DNA from: Octopus bimaculoides
Taxonomy: Eukaryota
Direction: 5' to 3'
Assembly (NCBI RefSeq): GCF_001194135.2
Contig: NC_068989.1
Location: 55,727,109 to 55,791,108 of the forward strand
DNA length: 64,000 nucleotides
The position numbers were made by a program, and so were the translations under genes. Below are positions 1 through 11,765 of the stretch, piece by piece. Every line of letters begins with the position of its first letter. Position 1 is the first letter of the stretch. The notes under the pieces are model-generated. The model had not been told where the DNA came from. It was given only the letters and a program-made list of their open reading frames with translations, and did no database searches.

Positions 1-127
1 TGTTATAATCACAACAGCAAGAAAGTATGTACATGATCACCTTCTTTTACGAAACTTCATTGACTTTCATATATTTATATTGATATACATATATATACGT
101 GTGTTTGGGTGCGTGTGTGTATATACA

Positions 128-217
128 TCTCTATATATAAAGATGATGCGTAGTCTAGACGGCGTTTTAGATTTCATTATTCTCTTTAACCCGGGCAACG
201 CCGGGTATTTCTGCTAG
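128..217 (+). mobile_element. 90-bp non-autonomous Helitron-like element
   Basis: Starts TC(TCTATATATAAAG) after A127. GC hairpin ACCCGG-GCAACG-CCGGGT at 189-206, ends CTAG (214-217) before T218: the A|T target with TC...hairpin...CTAG termini typical of Helitrons. Confidence 0.75.
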
Positions 218-240
218 TATATATATATATATATTCAATA

Positions 241-400
241 TGCTTCTTTCAATTTCCATCTACCAAATCCACTCACAAGGCTTTGTTTGGCTCGAGATTA
301 TAATAGAAGACACTGGCCCAAGGTGCCACACAGTTGGACTGAACACAGAACCATACGGTTGGGAAGCAAGCTTCTTACCACACAGCCACATCTGCACTTG
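241..400 (-). mobile_element. tRNA-derived CORE-type SINE (OR-like), 5' part
   Basis: Reverse complement of the GGCACCTTGGGCAAGTGTCTTCTA...CCTTGTGAGTGGATTTGGTAGA core that recurs about 12 times in the window. Confidence 0.75.
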
Positions 401-452
<52 letters not shown>

Positions 453-454
453 AC

Positions 455-865
455 TTATTGTATTCCGTGCTCAGGTGCACTACAACTCATCAGAAAAAAA
501 TAACCAAAACTGCTTGAACAGTACATAGAGTATGCACAAGAAGTGAACAGTGAATAAGTCTTTTAAAAAAACACCATGGTGGGCTTCAGGTGTACTGTTG
601 GCAAATTTCAGGAAGCATGGAGGTTTTGAAGGATGTAGTTGTCCTGATAGCTAACAAGTGATGCAGGTAGTTTATTCCATGCCTCGGCAATTTTGAGCAT
701 AAAAAATGTTTCTGAAAGTCATGTGTGCTGTGTTGTTTTTTGATTTTGTAAGCATGTCAATGAGTATTAGATATATGGAATTCATAAAGGTATCCAAGGT
801 TGTTGGTGGCAAGATGGTGGGTAATCTTGTGGGTGTCTACCAAGTTAGTTGCCAGACGTTGGAGC
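455..865 (-). mobile_element. CR1/L2-type LINE 3' fragment
   Basis: Minus strand reads (H)FFMLKIAEAWNKLPASLVS, matching the CR1-type C-terminal FF..R...AWN.LP motif; degenerate. Confidence 0.6.
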
Positions 866-876
866 TATAACCAATG

Positions 877-1013
877 GGCTTCTTTCAGTTTCCCTAGGTT
901 TTTGATCAGCCTAGAGCTATTATAGAAGATACTTGAGTGGCATGCAGTGAGACTGCACTAATGACTACAAAGTTGGGAAGCAAACTTCTTAACAACACAG
1001 CAACGCCTGTACC
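877..1013 (-). mobile_element. Degenerate CORE-type SINE
   Basis: GTTGGGAAGCAAACTTCTTAACAACACAGC head and partial core, similar to other copies. Confidence 0.6.
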
Positions 1014-1737
1014 TATATTACATCATTTCTAATGATAATTACTTATGTAAACCAAAACCCCTTCAAGACAAATTAATTTTCCTTAGAAACAAAGTAAAAA
1101 GAACATTTGACAAACGTGTAACCGTATCTTATTACGGAGTTCATATGATCCATCATATGGTGACATGCTGATAAGTAAGCAAGCACAAGCATACATTAAC
1201 AGAAAAGTAACAACTGAAGTTATTTCAACTTTAGTTCTTCACACACAGACTAACTGCAATATTAAATTAGAAAATATTTTCCCAATATGTGTCATTGAAA
1301 CTGTGGTAACCTGAAAAGTTGGCAAAATGCAATTTGACAAGTAAGTACAATGAAACTCAAGATGGCAACAGCTACCATGCAGTGGAAGCAATCCACCAAC
1401 AATGTGGGTAATTTTCAAATATTCAAAGACTTGGGGTGATATTTTTATTACCTAAAAAGTCAGTGATAATAACTTAGGTAATTTGCCACAAATGATAAAG
1501 TTGGCTCTACTCTGCAATGAAGATAATGGGCAGAACAAAAGAGGGTTCAATGACAAAGTGTCTGTTACAAATGCATCTCTACATAATAACAGTGGGTATA
1601 AATATTGATTGGTTTGTTGGTAGATTTCTTCAGTCACATTTGACATTGTATAGAAAAAAGGGAAGGGAGAATTCACACAAGAGATGAAAAATGGGTGCAC
1701 AGACTTGGCTTGGTAGAAGACAATGAGTAAATGAATG

Positions 1738-1740
<3 letters not shown>

Positions 1741-1798
<58 letters not shown>

Positions 1799-1941
1799 NN
1801 NNNNNNNNNNNNNNNNNNNNNNNNNNNNNNNNNNNNNNNNNNNNNNNNNNNNNNNNNNNNNNNNNNNNNNNNNNNNNNNNGGAGAAAGAGAGGGAAGATA
1901 GATAGGCAGACAGACAGATAGATAGATAGATTGATAGATAT

Positions 1942-1980
<39 letters not shown>

Positions 1981-2018
1981 TATCCATACATACAAAAGTA
2001 CATACAAACACTTATAAA

Positions 2019-2049
<31 letters not shown>

Positions 2050-2080
2050 ATATGTAGACACATACACATGCACACACACA
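1741..2080. repeat. Compound microsatellite (CA)n / N gap / (GATA)n / (TG)n
   Basis: Seen directly; gap at 1799-1880. Confidence 0.95.
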
Positions 2081-2499
2081 TGCATGAAGGGGGCTCAGTG
2101 ATTGGTAGAGTGAGTTGTGCACAGACAAGAGCTGGTTTGAGAAAGAGGGAGGTGTGGGAGTGGGTATGATCTTCTTAATATAAAATCAACACAGAGAGTA
2201 ATTTTATTAACATTTTTTTTTGATTTTTCCCTTTTTAAATATCGTTTAATTTGATTTGATTTTACAGTAATATGTTTCTTTTAAAAATTAGCATTCATTT
2301 CATCATAAGCACTAAGAAATTTAATAAAAGTAAAAATATAATTAATGCATGTATACAATATTAAACACGATGGCAGAAGTATATTTCCAAAGTTACCGGT
2401 CCTATAACAGGTAAAACTCTAGTATAAATCATAAGTATGGTCTGGGAAAATAAAATAAAGTGGCTGGAAACCATGGAAGCAAAAAGGTTTCAATACTTA

Positions 2500-2660
2500 T
2501 TTATCTTTATCTATTATCTTTTACTTGTTTCAGTCCTTTGACTGCGACCATGCTGGGGCACTGCTTTGAAGAACTTTAGTGGAATGAATTGACACCAGTG
2601 ATTTTTCTCTTTTAAGCCTGATACTTATTTTATCAGACTCTTTTGCCAAACTGCTAATGT
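2500..2660 (-). mobile_element. CORE-type SINE 3' tail
   Basis: TTTTACTTGTTTCAGTC..TGACTGCGACCATGCTGGGGCAC matches the tail of the full copy at 10081-10520. Confidence 0.7.
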
Positions 2661-2664
2661 CACC

Positions 2665-3085
2665 GAATCCTGTCCACCTTCACTCAGTATTTCTCTCACA
2701 CCCTTCATCTTTACACCGTTTCCAAAATCCAGCTCAGCATTCCCTCCATCTGAAGCTCACTCCATACACATCTTCCACTTAATGATACCTTCCACATTAG
2801 TTAAACCTCTCATACTACTACATTTTCGACTTCACTCAGTACACTCTCTTCACTCCATCACCCTTCCTGCATTCTACACATAGCCACTTTCCTATTCTTC
2901 CCACCTCATCATAAGCTGTACAACTTCCTATCACCTTAATTTTTCTTATATCTTCATACCTTTAGCTTTCATATATTTCCTCCACCTGTCCACCATCTCC
3001 TTCAATCCATTCAGACTTTCTGCTGTTAAACCTTAGGTTGTCTGCACACAACAACATCCATGATAAACCTGTTTTTATGCTTCCT
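2665..3085 (-). mobile_element. RTE-type LINE reverse transcriptase fragment
   Basis: Minus strand gives LSWMLLCADNL...AESLNGLKEMVDRWRKYMKAKGMKI, a degenerate (L)LYADDL region. Confidence 0.55.
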
Positions 3086-3754
3086 TCTCTAAGCCATAAA
3101 AATATAATAAAAACTATTAAAGTAATTTCAGTAATTTAATATTTGTGGTTCAATATTGATAGATTTAGCAATTAACGCTACTGGTAAACAATTTCTTGCA
3201 TTGGCACAGTACCAATCAGAGAGAAAGGATGTAATCAATTAACCCTTTTACATTGGAAATCAGATATATCCACTCAAAATTTTGTTATATTTAACTACAG
3301 AAAGTAGTTTTATACACCAATCTATCTTTTGTTGAGGAATGTCATGTTTGGAAATATTTTTTGTTGAGACATGTCAAGTTTTAGGCAACGAGACTTGCAG
3401 AAAATTCCTATCCTATATTTTGGGGCAGACATTTAGTATCATTACTGGAATAACCATGAAATTTAATTTCACAGTTAAAAAGTTAAATAGATTCCTGATA
3501 TATTATTGGTATTATTTTATTATTTCCAGAAGAATGACAACCAAAGTTTAACCCAGAGCAAAATTTGAGCTCAGGATGTAAAGCTATGAAAACTAAATTC
3601 AATATTTTTGCCACTAACTTTGTCACCCTTTCAATGCTGATTTGATTTGATTGCAAACAAGGAATTACAAGGAGCAACAAGGATCTGATATATTTTTTTT
3701 TTTTAGTAAAAATTAAGACAAAAGCAATTTTAACTGAAGGAAAGAAATCATTAC

Positions 3755-3830
3755 CTGAAAATATAATGCCTTGATTAGCAATTCATTAGGCCTTCATCTG
3801 TGGACAATCCATTGGTGATAAAGAGGAAAT
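3755..3830 (-). other. Candidate 76-nt exon
   Basis: ttttgtttttcag| acceptor and CAG|gtaatg donor; longest frame DFLFITNGLSTDEGLMNC*. Confidence 0.25.
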
Positions 3831-4954
3831 CTGAAAAACAAAATCAGAGAATGCAATTTTAAAAGTTTATAAATACGGTAAATTTAAGTATGATTCAAAA
3901 TGAAATATTTAATTAATAGTAATTCAGTTAAGTGCTAACTTTATTACTGATGATATTTCAAACACACACACACACAAACATGCACACACACACATGCACA
4001 CACACATGCACACACACACACGCATGCATGCACACACACGCATGCATGCACACACACGCACACACTCACATATGTGCTGTATGATAATTGAAAATTATAA
4101 TTTCCTGTAATGTTAAAATAAACCAAACAGCAAGATGCTCACTATTGCCTTTCTCAAGACAATTTTAGAGAGAAACACATAAGTTTCCATTACCTAATAT
4201 TTAACACAATCATCCAGTTAAATAGTGTTGAATTTACAACAAAACTTAAATTAACTTTTTCAAATGAGTAAGGTGTGAAAGAATTGTATATTTCATTGCA
4301 GAATACAAATATTTTATATCAGAATATAAATTAACAACAAAATAGAAATGCAAGTAATAAGAAAAGTGGCAAAAAGCCTTTGAAAATATAACAAATTTGG
4401 AATAAACAATTAAACAGCCAAACTTGAGTTATCAATTGAAGACCAACCATAACATCATACTGCAATCAGAATTAGTGAAAACGTCTTGAAATACCTGACA
4501 CTACAAAGAAAACATTTCAAACAAAATTCAAAACAGAAAAAAAAATTTTAATTATCATTTGTATTAAATATTATGCTAGATGGTTTAATTCATATTTAAA
4601 ATACATTTTAACAATAAGCATTCTTTTGTAATAGATTATTGAAATAAAATAAAAAGTAAGAGAGAATAAGAATAACTTCTATGGTAATTCCTAAACAATA
4701 GGATATATTATTGATAAAAAGAAGTCTTTGAAGAACAAAAGTATATTACTGTCTTTTGAAAACATAAACTCTCTAACTATTTCCAAGCCAGTAAGAGACA
4801 ATCAAACTCAGCCAAAAGAAGTAAACAAATTAGGTAAAAATCAACAGAGAAATAATTTCAAATTTGCTTACATCGCTAACTAAAAGGTAATAAGTCTAAA
4901 ACTGAACGATATTAAAATTCTTTCTAAACAAACAGAATTTGAAAGCCAAATGAA

Positions 4955-5375
4955 CCATTAGCACGCTGGATGAAATGCTTAGCGGGTATTTCACCCGTCG
5001 TTACATTTTCAGTTCAAATTCCACTGAGGTGGACTTTGCCTTTCATTCTTTCAGGGTGAAACACTGGGGTCAGTGTAATCGACTGGTACCTTCCCACAAA
5101 ATTTCAAGCCTTGTGCCTTTAGTAGAAAGGATTATTATATTTGACTGTCATAGAGTGAAAACATCTTTTTTGATTATCCCTTCAAAACACATTATGCTTA
5201 GTGGCATTTTGTTCATCTTTATGTACTGAGTTCAAATTCTGCTGAGGTCAAACTTTGCCTTTCGTCTTTTTGGGGGTCAATAAAATAAGTACTAATTGAG
5301 CATTGGAGTCAATGTAATCAATTATCTCCCCCAACACATTAAAATTGTAAGCCTTGTGTCTATGGCAGAAAGTAT
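4955..5375 (+). mobile_element. Two tandem tRNA-head SINEs with a Deu/Nin-like central domain
   Basis: GAGTTCAAATTCC B-box-like motif, CTTTGCCTTTCATCCTTT..GGGGTC core, ATT-rich tails. Confidence 0.8.
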
Positions 5376-5377
5376 TA

Positions 5378-5414
<37 letters not shown>

Positions 5415-5415
<1 letters not shown>

Positions 5416-5675
5416 TTATGTTTGACTTTTGTTTTGCATTTGTACAAGTTGGATCCAAGTCTCACCCAGAGACCTCAAGAGACAACAAGTTAGAAGTTCA
5501 TGTAGGTGTTATGCCTAGGGTACCATATATTTGGATTTGTACAGTTTTGTTCTAGTGAATGTTTAAGAAACCATAAGAAAATTATGTGTTTGTTTTGAAA
5601 TTTGAGATCACATAGACAGTATTTTATGTAGGATATGGGCAGTTCCCATGAGCACTATCTTTTGAACTTCAGCCA

Positions 5676-5680
<5 letters not shown>
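5415..5680 (-). mobile_element. R4/Dong-like LINE 3' end (family B) within (TAA)n
   Basis: Minus strand KMAEVQKIVLMGTAHILHKILSM* followed by about 190 nt of 3'UTR; (TAA)n on both sides. Confidence 0.8.
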
Positions 5681-5733
<53 letters not shown>

Positions 5734-5751
5734 GTTATTATTATTATTATT

Positions 5752-5950
5752 AAGGCTGTGAGCTTGCAGAATCATTAGCACACAGGGCAAAATGCTTAGC
5801 ATACTTTGTCTGTCACTACATTCTGAGTTCAAATTCTGCCAAAGTCAACTTTGCCTTTCATCCTTTCGGAGTCGATAAAACACTGGGGTTGATGTAATCG
5901 ACTCATCCCCTTTTCCAAAATGGCTGCCCTAGTAGTAATATTTGAAACCA
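5752..5950 (+). mobile_element. Deu/Nin-like SINE
   Basis: AAGGCTGTGAGCTTGCAGAATC head directly after (ATT)n; conserved core. Confidence 0.8.
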
Positions 5951-5980
5951 TTATTATTATTATTATTGTTATCATTATTG

Positions 5981-6066
5981 GTGATTTGACTCAGGATCAT
6001 TCTTATTCCTGGTAGAGTTAATGTGGGTAGCAGGTTACTACCTCTAACCTTAGGTATCCGCAAGCT
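5981..6066 (-). mobile_element. R4/Dong-like 3'UTR stub (family C)
   Basis: Homologous to the 8016-8415 3'UTR (GATTTGACTCA...TAACCTTAGGTATCC); flanked by (ATT)n. Confidence 0.6.
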
Positions 6067-6099
6067 ATTATTATTATTATTATTATCATTATTATTATT

Positions 6100-6312
6100 A
6101 AGGTGGTGCAATGGCAGAATCGTTAGCACACTGGCCAGAATACTTAGCTGTATTTCGCCCGGCACTACATTCGGAGTTCAAATTCTGCCATGGTCAACTT
6201 TGTCTTTCATCCTTTTGGGGTCAATAAATTAAGTACCAGTAAAACACTGGGGTCAATGTAATCGACTTAATCCCCTCCCCCAAGCTGCCCTTGTGGCAAA
6301 AATTTGAAATTA
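6100..6312 (+). mobile_element. Deu/Nin-like SINE
   Basis: Complete head, core and tail between (ATT)n tracts. Confidence 0.8.
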
Positions 6313-6715
6313 TTATTATTGTTATTATTATTACCAATTTATTTGTGTTTTAGCCTAAATGGACATGTTCTCTTTCATACTCACAGGGGCTTTGTTGCGT
6401 TTTGACTTATCATTTTCCAAAGGAATGGTTGTTCATATTTTTGTTGTGTCATCTAAATGTATTAACAAGGATTGGGTGAGAATTTATCAAATCATTTTGT
6501 ATGCCGTTTAAAAATAGAATTTTTAAAAATTTTGTTTTAAATATTTTTCATTCAACTAAAATAAAGAGATTCAACCTTCAAAACAAAGAGACAACACCCA
6601 TAAAATCATAACCAAAAAATTAGACACAAAAGTTATGTAAACAAAATAACACAGACATTTGTAGTTTAAAAATACACAGAATGAAAGGGAATGTTTTCTA
6701 ATAAATACATCATGC

Positions 6716-6930
6716 AGGTAGCGAGCTGGCAGAATTGTTGACACACCAGGCAAAATGCTTAGCAGCATTTCGTCTGTCCTCACATTCTGAGTTCAAATTC
6801 CACCAAGGTCAACTTTGCCTTTGATCTTTTTGGGACTGATAAATTAGGTACCAGTTGAACACTGGGATTGATGTAATTGACTTACCCCTCCCTCAATATC
6901 ACTGGCCTTGTGCCAAAATATGAAACCAAT
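6716..6930 (+). mobile_element. Deu/Nin-like SINE
   Basis: GGTAGCGAGCTGGCAGAA head; conserved core. Confidence 0.8.
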
Positions 6931-7864
6931 AAATACATCATGCATTATTATACATACAGGTAGCATTTAGCAGAATCCTAATGGAGAAAATAACAACAAA
7001 TTTTTTTTTTCAATTCCATTACTGCCAACAAGGAAATGTTGAGGATGGACAAATTTCAGTCTTCAGAATTGTGAAAGAATGATATCACTGGGGAATCTGT
7101 CTCCTTGCATGAAGAATTATACAGGAACAGACAAGAGAAAGCTAATGTACCTTTATTTTACAAAAGATGAGAGGGCAGGGCTTTCATTAGCCCTTAAGAG
7201 GTCAACTAAAACAGGTTCAAACCACAATAACTGGGCCAGTGTAGCACAAAGGTGACAGTGAATGGCATTGGCAGTGACATTGGTCTCAAGCTCATCATCT
7301 TTGTAGGACAATAAGGTACAAGGTGGTAAGTACAGAGGCCACAAGAAATTACGTGTTCGGAAAGGGCCAGTGTGAACTTTGAAGTGCTAATGGACCTTAG
7401 AAACTACAAGGTTATTCCAGAGTTGCACAGGAATTAGTAACAGAATTTGCATCAACAACATCAGCAGGTCCTGGAAATTGCTGTCCCCACAATATTGCCA
7501 ATCACTTACTGTCTCCCACACTACTTCCAGTCACATCATCAGTTGAAGTTCCAAAAATGGTTATGGTCGACTTGTCCCAGGACAAAAAGACAGTGACCAG
7601 GGATCTTTTCCCTACTAACCACAACCAGTAGTGCTATGCCATCAAAAGCTACACTGAGGTTGATGTGAAGAGCAAGCAGGGATGGCAGAGACAGTACAAA
7701 AGGAAAAAGAGAAAATAAAGGCTTTCCTAGAAAACAGCCCATTCTGAGTGAAAGCAAATGGAATGTGCAAAGAGGAAAGTCTTCCCAAAGATATGGTCCT
7801 TGTAGATATCCAAAACAACAGCACTTTCTATGAAATTAATACAAGACCTCAGACAAATTGAGGA

Positions 7865-8015
7865 AACTGACTGGCATTTTGGAGACTTTGCCTTTCATCT
7901 TTTTGAAGTTTGATGAAAAAAGTACAAATTGTACACTGGGTCAATGTAATCAACTTACCCCCCCCCCTCCCCATAAATATCAGCTGCTTGTGCCTATAGT
8001 AAAAAGGATTATTAT
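7865..8015 (+). mobile_element. Partial Deu/Nin-like SINE
   Basis: GACTTTGCCTTTCATCTTT core plus tail. Confidence 0.65.
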
Positions 8016-8454
8016 TGATTTGACTCAAGTTCGCTCTTATTCCTAATAGAATTTATGTGGGTTTAGGTGTTGAGCTGGCAGAAACGTTAGCACAACGGGC
8101 GAAATGCTTAGCGGTATTTCGTCTGCCATTATGTTCTGAGTTAAAATTCTGCCGAGGTCGACTTNNNNNNNNNNTGCTTAGCGGTATTTCGTCTGCCATT
8201 ATGTTCTGAGTTAAAATTCTGCCGAGGTCGACTTTGCCTTTCATCCTTTCGGGGTCGATGAAATAAAGTACCAGTTAGGCACTGGGGTCGATGTAACCGA
8301 CTTAATCCCTTTGTCTGTCCTTGTTTGTCCCCTTTATGTTTAGCCCCTTGTGGCAATAAAGAAATAAGAATTTATGTGAGTAGTGGGTTACTATATTAGT
8401 AACCTTAGGTATCCACTAGCTTTCAATAGTCTTCCAAGTGCTAAAGACTCTCCT
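8016..8454 (-). mobile_element. R4/Dong-like 3' end (family C) interrupted by a SINE
   Basis: Minus strand RRVFSTWKTIES* then a 3'UTR ending in AATAATAA; split by the 8060-8366 SINE. Confidence 0.6.
8060..8366 (+). mobile_element. Young Deu/Nin-like SINE with 12-bp TSD
   Basis: AGAATTTATGTG at 8048-8059 and 8367-8378; CpG-rich; 10-N gap at 8165-8174 with an overlap duplicate. Confidence 0.9.
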
Positions 8455-8499
8455 TGTTGTTGTTGTTGCTGCTGCTACTACTACTACTACTACTATTAC

Positions 8500-8559
<60 letters not shown>

Positions 8560-8764
8560 AAGATTGAGTAAAGAAGAGTTTGCAAACTGAATTCTCAATA
8601 CAATCTCAGTTCTTGGTGAAATTTGTCCAGTACTGAAAATGGGTATCAGTTGCGTCTAAATTATCTGCTCTCTTTTTCAACTATCAATAAAAGTCTTTCA
8701 TGTTTCCCCCAGCAAGAAATACCAGCAATACACACTGAAGGCAGAAAGCATTTCAGTTGGCTCT

Positions 8765-9152
8765 AATATTTATCTTTTTTCTTTTTACTTGTTTCAGACT
8801 GTGGCCATGCTGGGGCACTGCCTTGAAGAGTTTCAGTTAAACTTATCGACCCCAGCACTTAATAGTTTTTTTGTAAAGCGGTCTCTTTTGTTAAACTGCT
8901 AAGTTACAGGAATGTAAATACAACAACACTGGTTGTCAAGCAGTGGTAGAGTACAAACACATACACAAAGAACAACACACACACACACACACACATATAT
9001 AACAAGATTCTTTCAGTTTCTGTCAACCAAATCCACTCACAAGGTTTTAGTCAGCCTGAGGCTATAGTAGAAGACAATTGTCCAAGGTGTCATGCAGTGG
9101 GAACCATTTAATTGGAAAGCGAACTTCTTATCACACAGCTATGCCTATGCCT
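8765..9152 (-). mobile_element. CORE-type SINE, near full length
   Basis: Tail, internal (CA)n, core and head all present in reverse orientation. Confidence 0.8.
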
Positions 9153-9196
9153 CTTGAATTTTTTTTTTTTTAAATTGCGTACCTAAGAAAGAAGAT

Positions 9197-9560
9197 CATC
9201 ATCATCATCATCGTTTAACGTCTGCTTTCCATGCTAGCATGGGTTGGACAATTTGACTGAGGACTGGTGAACCAGAAGGCTGCACCAGGCTCCAATCTGA
9301 TCTGGTAGAGTTTCTACAGCTGGATGCCCTTCCTAATGCCAACCACTCCGAGAGTGTAGTGGATGCTTTTACGTGCCACCAGCATGAGGGCCAGTCACAT
9401 GGTACTGGCAACGGCCACATTCAAAAAGGTGTTTTTTATGTGCCACCTGCACGGGAGCCAGTCCAGCGGCACTGACAATGACCTCACTCGAATGATTTTC
9501 TAGCATGCCACCAGCACAAGTGCTAGAAGGCAACACTGGTAACGATTACGCTCTAATGAT
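9197..9560 (-). mobile_element. (GAT)n-tailed SINE with an RTE-type tail
   Basis: (CAT)n-CGTTTAACGTCTGCTTTCCATGCTAGCATGGGTTGG tail and the CAGCTGGATGCCCTTCCTAATGCCAACC domain. Confidence 0.8.
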
Positions 9561-10080
9561 GCTTACAAAAGCCATATCATAGAAGCAGAAAACCACGAGA
9601 CCCCTATCCATGTCAAAAATTAAACTTTTGTACTTTAAGCAATGAATATATATATTTATTTATGCAAGCCAATGACTAGACACAGTTTTTGGAGGATGAT
9701 GCTGATATAATAATACAACAACACATGAGACATACTAAATATAGAATTCTAAAGGAGAAGCCTGAAAGTTCAGTGACCTATTGTAACCTAAGATGAAATA
9801 TTTGAATTATCCTTATGGATAGAATGCAGGAAAAAAAATCATAAGACACAGATTCTGGTGATTATGTCTGGATCATACAGAGCAGTAATTTAACTACAAT
9901 GTTGCTCTTGATACAGTTGCAATATGACACTGGATCATTTAATGTAATGGTTTCCATAATGAAATAGCAAAGAGAACATCAATAAAAAAAATTTCAAACA
10001 ATGCACACGGCGGTGCATCAGCATGGCCGCAGCTCTAAGCTGAAACTATATAAAAGATAAAAAAAAAAAGATAAAAGATA

Positions 10081-10520
10081 AGCACAGGTGTGGATATGTG
10101 GTAAGAAGCTTGCTTCCCAACCACATGGTTCTGGGTTTAGTCCCACTGTGTGGCACCTTGGACAAGTGCCTTCTACAATAGCCTCAGGCCAACCAAAGCC
10201 TTGTGAGTGGATTTAGTAGACAGAAAATGAAAGAAGCCCATCGTATATACATATATACACACGTGTGTGTGTGTGTGTGTGTCCATGTGTTTGTCTTTGT
10301 GTTTGTTTGCCCCCATTACCACCACTTGACAACTAGTGGTGGTGTGTTTACGTCCCCACAACTTATCAGTTCAGGAAGAAAGACTAACAGAAAAAGTACC
10401 AAGCTTAAAAAAAAGAGAGACATAAGTACTGGGGCTGACTCATTCGACTAAAAATTCTACAAGGCAGTGCCCCAGCATGGCCACAGTCTAACGACTGAAA
10501 CAAAACAGAAAAAGAAAAAG
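10081..10520 (+). mobile_element. CORE-type SINE, full length
   Basis: tRNA-like head, core, internal (TG)n and ACTGAAACAAAA tail. Confidence 0.85.
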
Positions 10521-11169
10521 AAAGAAAGGGAGAGAGGGGGGGGGAGAAAGAAAGAAAGTAAAGGAAGAGAACACTTGTTAGTACTTAGGAGACAAATATT
10601 TAGAACAACTTACCAAAGCTATTAACTTTGTGAACGTTGGCTGTGTGTTTATCTGTGTATGTACATTATTATCGAATATTAAAATAAAATGGTCCAAAAG
10701 GCAATGTAATGAACTATCTGTCTTTAAATTGGAAGTTCAAATTCACTGTGGGCATTNNNNNNNNNNNNNNNNNNNNNNNNNNNNNNNNNNNNNNNNNNNN
10801 NNNNNNNNNNNNNNNNNNNNNNNNNNNNNNNNNNNNNNNNNNNNNNNNNNNNNNNNNNNNNNNNNNNNNNNNNNNNNNNNNNNNNNNNNNNNNNNNNNNN
10901 NNNNNNNNNNNNNNNNNNNNNNNNNNNNNNNNNNNNNNNNNNNNNNNNNNNNNNNNNNNNNNNNNNNNNNNNNNNNNNNNNNNNNNNNNNNNNNNNNNNN
11001 NNNNNNNNNNNNNNNNNNNNNNNNNNNNNNNNNNNNNNNNNNNNNNNNNNNNNNNNNNNNNNNNNNNNNNAGAAAAAAAGTTTTTATGCATTATCATCAT
11101 CATCACCACCACCACCACCACCACCACCACCATCACAACTACTTCCATTATCATCACCACCACCACCAC

Positions 11170-11440
11170 CATCATTTTAACATCCACTTTTCCATGCTTG
11201 CATGGGTTGGACAGAGTTTACTGAAGCAGATTTTTCACAACTCTACCAGTCATCAACTCATACTCGTTACCAAGTAAAGTAACATTTCCCCATAGCCAGA
11301 CATGCTATTGGAAATGAATGACACTCATTTATAACAATAACTCGGTGTCAAGAGAAGGAGACAAAAATATTCACATACACACACAAACACACAATCATCA
11401 TCATCATCATCATCATCATTATTATCATCATTTAACGTGG
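11170..11440 (-). mobile_element. Second (GAT)n-tailed repeat subfamily
   Basis: TTTTAACATCCACTTTTCCATGCTTGCATGGGTTGG tail with a body different from 9197-9560. Confidence 0.5.
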
Positions 11441-11483
11441 ACAACAGACGTTAAATGGTGATAATAATGATGATGATGATGAT

Positions 11484-11573
<90 letters not shown>

Positions 11574-11587
11574 ATTTTTGTCTCCTT
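11355..11587. repeat. Fold-back inverted duplication with 9-nt spacer
   Basis: Left arm 11355-11438, right arm 11448-11587. AAGGAGACAAAAATATTCAC, ATTATCA and TTTAACGT are mirrored; microsatellite lengths differ between arms. Confidence 0.9.
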
Positions 11588-11659
11588 GTATATACATATA
11601 TAAATATATATAATGTATTGATCTGTGATAGAAAATTCGACAAAAAAGTATTCCATCTG

Positions 11660-11765
11660 GTGAGAGATAGATATAGAAGACATTTGCTCAAGGTGCCATG
11701 TAGTGGGGCTGAACTTGGAAACATGTGATTGGAAAGCTAACTTCTTACCACATAGCCTCTCCTGC
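11660..11765 (-). mobile_element. CORE-type SINE 5' part
   Basis: GAAGACATTTGCTCAAGGTGCCA...CTTCTTACCACATAGCC. Confidence 0.65.

Noticed and set aside
8104-8235. About 60-bp tandem duplication inside the young SINE
   Set aside because: The two identical copies flank a 10-N gap; this is a contig-overlap artefact.
10614-10652. Ankyrin-repeat exon (KHTANVHKVNSF)
   Set aside because: Only 13 codons, with no neighbouring TPLH exon found; the resemblance may be chance.
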